48,865 nt of DNA, taken from Chloroflexota bacterium (GTDB taxonomy: Bacteria > Chloroflexota > Anaerolineae > Aggregatilineales > J027). Location of the stretch: the NCBI GenBank assembly GCA_022616515.1, contig JAKEEQ010000091.1, forward strand, positions 1-48,865, read 5' to 3'. The position numbers were made by a program, and so were the translations under genes. Under the pieces are notes generated by a model. That model saw only the letters and a list, made by a program, of their open reading frames with translations, searched no databases and was not told the origin of the DNA. Of the stretch, positions 1-8,240 are shown piece after piece; the first letter of the stretch is position 1; every line of letters begins with the position of its first letter.

Positions 1-2
1 GC

Positions 3-1679
3 AACTGGCCCGGCATCAAGCTTTTCCGTACCATTTACTATTTGCCGGTTATTCTGGCGGCCAGTCCGGCGGCGCTGCTGGCATGGCGTTACATGTTTGT
101 CTCAAACGGTGGCTTTGTTAATATCAGCCTGCGCTGGTTTGCCGATCAATTTTTTGTCTTCGACTGGCTTTACAAATACTGGATCTATGTTGCCGAAGGG
201 GTTAACGGATTCTATTCAGGGGTCGCAACCGCGCAACCTGTTGGTTCACTCAAGTACACCCTGCCTGCTGTTCTGAGTGTACTGATATTGTTGACACTGG
301 TGGGGGATTGGAACAAAGCTAAGAGAGAGCGCGTCCAGCAGGTGGCAGAAATCATGACCATTGTACTGCTCGGTCTGATAGGCGCGAGTGGTGTTTTACA
401 AAAGCCTGTAAATCTTTCATGGACCTTTATTGCTACCATTATCGTTGTTGGATTTGCCACAGTAAATCATTATCAGGGCAAGAAGGGACTTTCACGACTC
501 TGGCTGGGAATTGGAATAGCACTATTCTTCATCAGCATGGTGCGTACTATTTCCGTTAGCGATCTGAGCAACCCCGACACCATGAAATACGCGGTTGGCC
601 TGCTGATTGGCATAGCCACCATCATCATTGCAGCCTTCGTGGTTCGCTGGTCAAGTCGCAGGTATCAGTTGATTGCAGCGATGCTGGGGATATTACTGCT
701 GTTGATTGTGGTCCGTGCAATCCCGGCGAATTTTGGGGATGGTGGCTGGAAGCCCCTCGTTAAGTACATAACCCTGAGCAGTACCGTGAACACGCAGCTT
801 GAGGAAGACAAACGCGAGATCGCGGCACTCATCAGCGACCTTGAGCAGAACGAAGAACTATCTGACCGGCAGAAGAAAAATGAAATCGCTGACCTGACGG
901 CTGTTGTTTACGATTACTGGAAGGTCGATTACTCCAGATCGCTGTTCTCCGCTTACTGGATTTACGGTCTTCTGATTGCAGTACTCGTTGGATTGTGGCT
1001 GCTGGACGAGAGATACCCCAAAGCAAGAACCTATCTACTGGGTTGCAGTCTGGCCTTTTTTATCGTTTTCGGGTTGTCCACTTATCTGGATGGACGAGCT
1101 TATTTTGACGGATTCGCGGAAATTGAGGAAACCGCCTTTGTAGAAGGCGTAACACTGCCCAATGATGTCAGTCACTATCACTTTGTTACGTTCCGTGATC
1201 GTACCGCTCATCTTCCTGAGGACACACGGGTTCCCCTGTGGCTTAACAACGAACTCTGGACAAAGCCGTCACTGGTTATGATTACAATGTGGAGTTCCGG
1301 GGCGAGTATGCTTATCTTTCTGGCAGCGCTCAAGGGAGTCCCCGGTTCGCTGTACGAAGCTGCCGAAGTCGATGGCGCAAATGGTATCCAGAAGTTCTTC
1401 CGGATTACGCTGCCAATGATCTCGCCTGCCATGTTTTACAGCATTGTTATCGGTGTCATCGCGGCACTTCAAACATTCGAGTCGATTTATATTATTCGCG
1501 ACCCCTCTGGTAACAATGATGCCAGTTTGAGATCAGCGGCTTATTTTCTGTACACGCGCACATTCAATGATCAGGCTATAGGACAGGGTGCAGCAGCATC
1601 GTGGATACTCGCTGTCATTATAGTTACGCTTACCGTTCTTCAATTCCGTTATAGCCGCTGGGTTAACTACGAGGTGTAA
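3..1679 (+). CDS. ABC sugar-transporter permease (CUT1/MalF-type). The 5' end lies outside the window and the protein carries a large polytopic insertion.
   Basis: Frame 3 is open from base 3 (NWPGIKLFRTIYYLPVIL...), so the TTG at 42 in the ORF track is internal. The C-terminal part has the EAA-loop signature LYEAAEVDGANGIQKFFRITLPMISP, flanked by TM helices. Confidence 0.85.
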   Translation, partial: NWPGIKLFRTIYYLPVILAASPAALLAWRYMFVSNGGFVNISLRWFADQFFVFDWLYKYWIYVAEGVNGFYSGVATAQPVGSLKYTLPAVLSVLILLTLVGDWNKAKRERVQQVAEIMTIVLLGLIGASGVLQKPVNLSWTFIATIIVVGFATVNHYQGKKGLSRLWLGIGIALFFISMVRTISVSDLSNPDTMKYAVGLLIGIATIIIAAFVVRWSSRRYQLIAAMLGILLLLIVVRAIPANFGDGGWKPLVKYITLSSTVNTQLEEDKREIAALISDLEQNEELSDRQKKNEIADLTAVVYDYWKVDYSRSLFSAYWIYGLLIAVLVGLWLLDERYPKARTYLLGCSLAFFIVFGLSTYLDGRAYFDGFAEIEETAFVEGVTLPNDVSHYHFVTFRDRTAHLPEDTRVPLWLNNELWTKPSLVMITMWSSGASMLIFLAALKGVPGSLYEAAEVDGANGIQKFFRITLPMISPAMFYSIVIGVIAALQTFESIYIIRDPSGNNDASLRSAAYFLYTRTFNDQAIGQGAAASWILAVIIVTLTVLQFRYSRWVNYEV

Positions 1680-1681
1680 AT

Positions 1682-2599
1682 ATGGCAACTTTAGCGCAGA
1701 AAAGTACAACCGCACAGCAGAATTTTGCCAGAACTATTGTCGTGGATTTCATGTGGCGGCGCATTGTCCATCGTTGGCTACCAGCCATGCTGATTTATGC
1801 ACTTCTGGTGGGTGGGGCACTGTTTTTTATCTTTCCGCTGGCCTGGATGGGAGGAACATCGCTTAAGACTGTTGAGGAAATTCAAGAATCCCAGCGGGAC
1901 CTTGTCCCTGATGACCCACAGTGGCAAAACTATGAGAAAATATTTCACGAGGCATCGTTCTATCGTTCCTATTTTAACAGCGTGTTTATCGTATCATTGG
2001 TGCTGTTTGGCACGGTGACATCGGTCTCTCTGGTTGCGTATTCGTTCAGTCGATTGCAGTGGAAAGGCCGTAATGTGGTCTTTGCGCTGATGATGAGTAC
2101 CCTGATGTTGCCTTATCAAGCCACACTCGTGCCTCAATATGTGCTCTTTTACGAACTTGATTGGATTCGCACGTTTAATCCGATTACCATACCGGGCTTT
2201 TTCGCAGGCGGCGCAGCCTTGATTTTTCTGCTGCGTCAATTCATGATGACCATCCCCAAAGAACTCGATGAAGCAGCCATGATTGATGGGGCCAGCCCAA
2301 TCCAGATCTGGTGGTTTGTCGTCATGCCACTCTCACGTCCTGCGATTGCAACTATTTCGGTGTTTTTGTTCGTTGGTACATGGAACAATCTGCTGCAACC
2401 GCTCATTTATTTGCAGAAGCCTCAACTCTATACACTCCCTATTTATGTTGCGCAGAAATTAAACTTTCAGGAGTCACCGCTTCCGTGGCAGGACATCATG
2501 GCCGCCAGCGTCCTATCGATCATCCCCATTATCGTCGTGTTTATTTTAACCCAACGCTATTTTACTGAGGGTATTACACTCACTGGCATGAAGGGATAA
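1682..2599 (+). CDS. ABC sugar-transporter permease (CUT1/MalG-type)
   Basis: EAA-loop signature LDEAAMIDGASPIQIWWFVVMPLSRP and about 6 hydrophobic helices. The ATG lies 3 nt after the upstream permease stop. Confidence 0.9.
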   Translation: MATLAQKSTTAQQNFARTIVVDFMWRRIVHRWLPAMLIYALLVGGALFFIFPLAWMGGTSLKTVEEIQESQRDLVPDDPQWQNYEKIFHEASFYRSYFNSVFIVSLVLFGTVTSVSLVAYSFSRLQWKGRNVVFALMMSTLMLPYQATLVPQYVLFYELDWIRTFNPITIPGFFAGGAALIFLLRQFMMTIPKELDEAAMIDGASPIQIWWFVVMPLSRPAIATISVFLFVGTWNNLLQPLIYLQKPQLYTLPIYVAQKLNFQESPLPWQDIMAASVLSIIPIIVVFILTQRYFTEGITLTGMKG

Positions 2600-2606
2600 T
2601 CGAGTT

Positions 2607-4106
2607 ATGCTCCAATTGATGCATAGTTTTAAGGGACTAACGCCACTCCCAGAAATTGTGGACGGCATTCGTAACGGTCAAATATCGTCATTTTGCCTGT
2701 TCGCACGCATCAATGTCACCTCGCCGCACCAGCTCTTTGACCTGACGAGTGCCCTCTATAGAGCAGCCGAGGAAGGTGGGCAGTTGCCGCCGATCATCGG
2801 TATCGATCAGGAGGGTGGTCAACTGATGGCCGTGACCGGAGGCACGACGGAATTACCCGGCAATATGGCGCTCGGTGCTGCCCGTTCGGTAGAACTTGCT
2901 GAGAAGGCGGGCATGGTGCTCGGACGCGAACTGCTGGCAATGGGCGTCAATCTGAATTTCGCCCCGTCCCTCGATGTGAACACCAATCCGCTCAATCCGG
3001 TGATCGGCATTCGCTCCTTCGGCGAAGACCCTGAACTGGTGGGCGAACTCGGCGCTGCGCTGATACGAGGGATGCAAAAAGAAGGTGTCATGGCGACGGC
3101 CAAACATTTTCCCGGTCACGGCGACACTGCCTTCGACACCCACTATATGACACCAACCATCACCCACACCCGGCAGCGTACCCTTGAGGTTGAACTTCAG
3201 CCGTTTCGCGTTGCCATTGCGGAAGGTGTTGGGGCGTGTATGACTGCGCATGTACGCTTTGAAGCGTTTGACAAAGACAGTCCGGCGACAATGTCAAGAA
3301 CCGTTTTGCACGACCTACTGCGTAATGAAATGGGATTTACCGGGTTAACCATTACGGATGCGATGGATATGCATGCCGTCAACCAGTACGGCAGCGTTAA
3401 CAGCGTTCGCTCGGCTATCGAGGCGGGAGCCGACTTAATCTTGCTTGGGCATTTACCTGACCAGTTAGCCATGCAGTCTCAGACTTATGACTTACTGAAC
3501 AATGCCGCCGTACAGCGCATCCAGCAGGCCAGAATGCGCATTCCAAAGGAACGCCCACCCCTGAGCGTTATCGGTTGTGGCGAACACCAACAGATCGCCC
3601 ACGAGATAGCCGCCCAATCCATCACGCAGCTTCGCGGCAAGAATATTCCGCTTGAGGTGTCAACCGATGATATGATTGTAGTCATCACGCCGCGCCCGCG
3701 TGACCTGACACCCGCCGACACCTCTGCGGATGTACGTATCAGCCTGGTAGACGCCATTCGTGACTACCATCCGCTGGTAACCGGCGTGGAAATTGATTAT
3801 GAAGCACCGGATGAGCATGTGCGGCGGGCACTGCAAATCGCTGAAAACGCCGACGTTGTGATCGTAGGCACTATTGCCGCCGATAGAGATGAGAGTCAGG
3901 CGGCCCTGGTCAGAGCGTTGCATGAGCGCGGGCAAGCCCCCATCGTTATCGCGATGCGGACACCCTATGACATCACGGCGTTCCCGATGATTGAAAATTA
4001 TCTGTGTACCTACAGCATTCGTGCCGTGAGTATGGACGCCGCAGCAAGGGTTTTGTTTGGAAAGGCTACTGCGCCGGGAGTATTGCCATGTTCGCTGCCC
4101 GTTTAA
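2607..4106 (+). CDS. nagZ: Glycoside hydrolase family 3, beta-N-acetylhexosaminidase (NagZ-like, two-domain)
   Basis: GH3 motifs GIDQEGGQ, KHFPGHGDTAFDTH (the Asp-His pattern typical of NagZ-type GH3) and ITDAMDMHA. No signal peptide. Confidence 0.8.
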   Translation: MLQLMHSFKGLTPLPEIVDGIRNGQISSFCLFARINVTSPHQLFDLTSALYRAAEEGGQLPPIIGIDQEGGQLMAVTGGTTELPGNMALGAARSVELAEKAGMVLGRELLAMGVNLNFAPSLDVNTNPLNPVIGIRSFGEDPELVGELGAALIRGMQKEGVMATAKHFPGHGDTAFDTHYMTPTITHTRQRTLEVELQPFRVAIAEGVGACMTAHVRFEAFDKDSPATMSRTVLHDLLRNEMGFTGLTITDAMDMHAVNQYGSVNSVRSAIEAGADLILLGHLPDQLAMQSQTYDLLNNAAVQRIQQARMRIPKERPPLSVIGCGEHQQIAHEIAAQSITQLRGKNIPLEVSTDDMIVVITPRPRDLTPADTSADVRISLVDAIRDYHPLVTGVEIDYEAPDEHVRRALQIAENADVVIVGTIAADRDESQAALVRALHERGQAPIVIAMRTPYDITAFPMIENYLCTYSIRAVSMDAAARVLFGKATAPGVLPCSLPV

Positions 4107-5122
4107 CGATATTATGCCTCGTCCTCGCCATGCTGGTGACCGGACCATCCGCTCACTCCCAAGACGGAGATTTCTGTGTTTCGGTCTGGTATCCGTCGTC
4201 AGAAGACCCAACGGGCTACGATTCTCTCATGCAAAACGCGGACATTATCCACGAGGTGAATCCCTTCTGGTATAACCCGAGCCTGGATGGTACGCTGCTG
4301 CCGCGTCTCGGAGCAGAGGATGAAGAAAAGCTGACTGAATGGCGCGAAGCGGGCCTCGTTATCATGCCAACCATTGTTAGTTTTGAAGGCTCCGGCATGA
4401 TTGAAACGCCAGAATTGCGCCGGACACACATTGATGAAATCGTGGCTCTTGTTGAGCGCATGGATTACGATGGCATCGATATTGATTATGAAGGCTTCGC
4501 GCTGGATACACGTGATGCCTACTCCACGTTTATCGAAGATTTAGCGGGCGAACTGCACGACCATGATAAATTACTTTCCATGGCCGTACATGCCAAAACG
4601 GCGGATGTGGCCGAATGGGATGCGGCGACGGCACAGGATTGGGAGCGTCTAGCGGCAGCGGTTGATGTGTTCCGCATCATGACTTATGATTACCACAACC
4701 GCGCCAGCGATGCCGGACCCATTGCCCCGCTGGATTGGGTGCTCGATGTTATTGAATATGCCAGCACTGTCACTGATTTGAATAAAGTTCGGCTTGGTCT
4801 CCATTTTTATGGCTATAGCTGGCAGCGCGGAAATACAGCCGTTATCACGTGGAAGACTGTATCGCAGTGGCTCACTTCCTTCGAACTCGAATTTGAGCGT
4901 GACCCTGCCGACATGGAAGCCTTTCTCACGCTCAGCCTTAGAGGACTTCCCCGACAAACGGCTTACGTTGCCGACTCGGTGGGATTGGACTATAAATTAT
5001 CTCATATGCTGGCGGAGTATCCAGAGCTTGGCGGCGTTGCTATCTGGGGAATTGGAGGCGAAGACCCGGCCAACTGGGATGTTTTGCGCGGCCTATCATC
5101 TACCTGTTCTTTGAAAGAATGA
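4088..5122 (+). CDS. Secreted glycoside hydrolase family 18 (chitinase / chitodextrinase-like)
   Basis: GH18 catalytic motif DGIDIDYEG (DxxDxDxE) plus MTYDYH. I prefer ATG 4088 (MFAARLTILCLVLAMLVTGPSAHS, signal-peptide-like) over track start 4004, which lies inside nagZ. The preferred start overlaps the nagZ end by 19 nt. Confidence 0.85.
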   Translation: MFAARLTILCLVLAMLVTGPSAHSQDGDFCVSVWYPSSEDPTGYDSLMQNADIIHEVNPFWYNPSLDGTLLPRLGAEDEEKLTEWREAGLVIMPTIVSFEGSGMIETPELRRTHIDEIVALVERMDYDGIDIDYEGFALDTRDAYSTFIEDLAGELHDHDKLLSMAVHAKTADVAEWDAATAQDWERLAAAVDVFRIMTYDYHNRASDAGPIAPLDWVLDVIEYASTVTDLNKVRLGLHFYGYSWQRGNTAVITWKTVSQWLTSFELEFERDPADMEAFLTLSLRGLPRQTAYVADSVGLDYKLSHMLAEYPELGGVAIWGIGGEDPANWDVLRGLSSTCSLKE

Positions 5123-6289
5123 TTGATATTGAGAGCAACGAAGGCAACTCGCAGCCAGGTACGACAACACAATCTACAACTCATATTGAGAGCAGTTCAT
5201 TCCGGCCTCGCCGATAACAGGGCTGCTCTCGCTATTGAAACTGGCCTCGCGAAACCAACCGTGTCGGACCTCATTAGCCATCTGATGGATGAGGGATTTC
5301 TCATTGAGACCGGGCGCGGGCAATCGTCGGAAACGGGCGGCAAACGCCCGCGTCTTCTTGAGTTTGTCCCTAAAGCCCGTCAGGTTATTGGCATTTCCAT
5401 CTCAGAGCATGGCATCGCCGGGCTGCTGAGCGATCTAGATGGACAGGTGCTTGCTGAGCATATTTTGCCTTTTGACGACCCCCCGGAAACCCTTGATTTG
5501 GATGACGTTCAAGGCGTAATTAACGGCCTGATTGCTCAGCTTGATGCCCCACTGCTGTGTCTGGGCGTTGGTATTCCGGGTGATATTGTAAATTCAGTCG
5601 TTACTTTTCCGCATCACCTGAACTGGCAGCCGGTGAAGCTGGTTGACATCCTTGAAAATATTTATGATGTTCCGGTCTATCTTGAAGGTAATACCGAGCT
5701 GGCGGCTATTGCCCAATTCGCCTTTGAAGCCTCGCATGCGGTCAGCAGTCTGGCGATTGTACTGGTGAACAGTACCGTCGAAGTTGGCTTTGTGCTCGGC
5801 GATACGGAATATCACAGCGGGCGCAATATCGGTGAACAGAAACTGTCTCCAGAGTCGCCTGCGCTGGAAGATTTAATAGGCTGGCAGGCCGTCAAACAAC
5901 GCATCCGGGAAATGCAGTCAACCTTTGCGAACAGCCTCTTGCCGGAGGGCCGTGTCCGCTATCTGGACATCCGCTATGGAGCCTTCAATAATGATGAAGC
6001 TTCGCTGCAACTTTGCTCGGAATTTGAGGACATCATTGCGCAAATTTTCTCGTGGATTATCACGCTCCTGCATCCCGAACATTTATCTTTGGCAGGCGGC
6101 ATTGCTGATCTGGGCCAACCATTTCTCGATAATATCATCACCAAAACTGCCTGCCTCATTCCCGCGAATTTGGTAGAGGATGTTCACTTCGCGCTTGTTA
6201 CAGACACACACTTGAGCGCACTGGGAGCAATTGCTTATGCCTTACAACATGATCTGGGTTTAATTCAATGGCAAAACGAATCGGTATAG
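5123..6289 (+). CDS. ROK-family (NagC/XylR-like) transcriptional regulator with degenerate ROK motifs
   Basis: N-terminal winged HTH (NRAALAIETGLAKPTVSDLISHLMDEGFL) followed by a sugar-kinase-like fold. The TTG start comes directly after the GH18 stop. I could not find the CxCGxxGC zinc motif or a DxGxT ATP motif. Confidence 0.78.
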   Translation: MILRATKATRSQVRQHNLQLILRAVHSGLADNRAALAIETGLAKPTVSDLISHLMDEGFLIETGRGQSSETGGKRPRLLEFVPKARQVIGISISEHGIAGLLSDLDGQVLAEHILPFDDPPETLDLDDVQGVINGLIAQLDAPLLCLGVGIPGDIVNSVVTFPHHLNWQPVKLVDILENIYDVPVYLEGNTELAAIAQFAFEASHAVSSLAIVLVNSTVEVGFVLGDTEYHSGRNIGEQKLSPESPALEDLIGWQAVKQRIREMQSTFANSLLPEGRVRYLDIRYGAFNNDEASLQLCSEFEDIIAQIFSWIITLLHPEHLSLAGGIADLGQPFLDNIITKTACLIPANLVEDVHFALVTDTHLSALGAIAYALQHDLGLIQWQNESV

Positions 6290-7092
6290 TTACCAACGAC
6301 CAACATCAGGTATTTCAGTCGAGTGTCATACGCGGCGTACGCGAAATAGCCGAGGCTGAGACTTACGAAATCGTCATAGATTCACGAATTGAGTCAAGCA
6401 CACCGGGTAACCCGACGGATTTGAATCTCAACACGTTGGCTGGTATTGTGGTGATTGCCAATGTACTGCCCGATTCTGTCCTGCGTGACCTGTATCATGA
6501 CGGCATTCCGACCTCACTCATCAGCCACTATCTCTCCGATACCCCTATACCCACCGTCATACCTAACAACAAACAGGGAATTGCCAAATTGGTCGAACAT
6601 CTCGCCGTCAACTGCGGGCGTGAGAAATTCGTGTTTATTGATGGTGACCTCAATCAACATGACGGCATCGAACGTCGGCAAGCCTTCTTGCAGGAATTGG
6701 TCCGGCGCAACTTATACATTTCCCCTGAATACATGATTCAGGGTAATTTTGAACCTGTCACGGCTGCTGCAAACCTGACCACTTTTCTTGAAAAACCCCG
6801 CAATTTTAATGCGCTCATCGCTGCCGATTATCTTATGGCGCTGCGGGCAATCGACGTATTGCAGGATCATGGCATTGCCGTGCCGGATGATGTGGCTGTC
6901 GTCGGGTTTGGTGATGGTGACATTGCCCGTGAGCACGGCTTGACCACCATTGCGGCGGACATCACTGAACTAGGAAGGCGTAGTGCCCGCCAACTGCTGG
7001 GGCAAATGAATCGTTTGCATATTCGAGGCACCACCCTACTCAGTGTCGAACTCGAAATCCGCGACACCTGTGGCTACAGGAACGACCACTAA
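6268..7092 (+). CDS. LacI/PurR-type effector-binding (periplasmic-binding-fold type I) domain protein without a DNA-binding HTH
   Basis: The sequence starts at the point where a LacI core starts (RIGIVTNDQHQVFQSSVIRGV). It also has FVFIDGDLNQHDGIERRQAF and DDVAVVGFGD. There is no room for an about 60-aa HTH. The ATG overlaps the ROK gene end by 22 nt. Confidence 0.72.
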   Translation: MAKRIGIVTNDQHQVFQSSVIRGVREIAEAETYEIVIDSRIESSTPGNPTDLNLNTLAGIVVIANVLPDSVLRDLYHDGIPTSLISHYLSDTPIPTVIPNNKQGIAKLVEHLAVNCGREKFVFIDGDLNQHDGIERRQAFLQELVRRNLYISPEYMIQGNFEPVTAAANLTTFLEKPRNFNALIAADYLMALRAIDVLQDHGIAVPDDVAVVGFGDGDIAREHGLTTIAADITELGRRSARQLLGQMNRLHIRGTTLLSVELEIRDTCGYRNDH

Positions 7093-7098
7093 CTTGTC

Positions 7099-8169
7099 TC
7101 ACTTGCGGCGCATAATCTCCGGTTGGGCATTGGGAAATTCTTTATTGGCGAGCACCGCCTGTTTTGCCAGTATGCCGATAATTTGTCGAGGCTTAAGTGG
7201 TTTTGTATTGCCTTCAATATGTCGAAAGTGGACATGAGCACTGGTCATTATTCGCTCCGGGGAATTCCATTTAGAAAACGGCTGCCGTTGAAATTCAACA
7301 CTACGCACTACATCAATGACTGCCTTCTCCGCATCCATGCCCATATCACGTCTCAGGCGCAATTCCGTATCCACGAATTGCCAGTAAGTCCTGACCCGTT
7401 TAACCCCATCTTTATCCGTCAGCGGACCATGTCCGGGCACAATCACATCCACATCCATTTCAAGGATACGGTCCAGTGCTTTAATCCAGTTGCTAATTGG
7501 TCCAGCCCACATAACAGGCGTTGATTCGATAAAGAGAATATCTCCGCTGTACAATATTTTTGCATCCGGCACATACACCATCAGATCGCCTTGTGTGTGC
7601 GCAGGCCCAGCTTCAATCAGCTTTACCTCGCGCCCACCAACCACCAGCGTAATCTCGCCAGAGAAGGCACGGTGCGCCGGAGTATGTTTGACCGCCCGAA
7701 AATCATAAGGCGCGGCCATCTGTTGGAAGTAGTGCCCGGCCCGGCGGTTCGAGAACAGTTTCATCAGACCACCAACTCGTTTTAACGCCAGCATAGCGGA
7801 GGGCTTTACGCGCTGCATCTCGTTCAACGCCGCCTGTGAAGTAATGATGTCGGTATCACTTACCAGTTCATTACCAAAAAAATGATCGCCATCTGCGTGT
7901 GTGTTAACCGTCTGGCGAATCAGGGCATTGGCAGTTATCGGCTGCATCGCGCTCAACATCTCACGAGCGTAATTCAAATCCCACAACGTATCTATCAGCA
8001 GTGATTCGCCATCACCCACCACTAACCCGGCGTTTGCTTCACCCCATGACCCGTTCGGGACCAGCCACGCATAACAATTTTGTCCTAAATCCACCAGCCC
8101 CTCTGGATATTTGGCTGTTTCCTGAAAACGAGTCTGTTCGCGATTGGTTTGAAAAATATAGTTTGCCAT
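7099..8169 (-). CDS. MBL-fold metallo-hydrolase
   Basis: Metallo-beta-lactamase motif VNTHADGDHFFG, followed by GPAHTQGD and VPGHGP. The probable start is ATG 8169 (MANYIF, GGAG 9 nt upstream). The track start at 8193 is also possible. Confidence 0.8.
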   Translation of the reverse strand: MANYIFQTNREQTRFQETAKYPEGLVDLGQNCYAWLVPNGSWGEANAGLVVGDGESLLIDTLWDLNYAREMLSAMQPITANALIRQTVNTHADGDHFFGNELVSDTDIITSQAALNEMQRVKPSAMLALKRVGGLMKLFSNRRAGHYFQQMAAPYDFRAVKHTPAHRAFSGEITLVVGGREVKLIEAGPAHTQGDLMVYVPDAKILYSGDILFIESTPVMWAGPISNWIKALDRILEMDVDVIVPGHGPLTDKDGVKRVRTYWQFVDTELRLRRDMGMDAEKAVIDVVRSVEFQRQPFSKWNSPERIMTSAHVHFRHIEGNTKPLKPRQIIGILAKQAVLANKEFPNAQPEIMRRK

Positions 8170-8240
8170 CCTGCCCAACTCCAAATGTTGCACTGAATCC
8201 TGAGATCATCATATATTGAAAGCGTTCAAGGGGAAACCAC

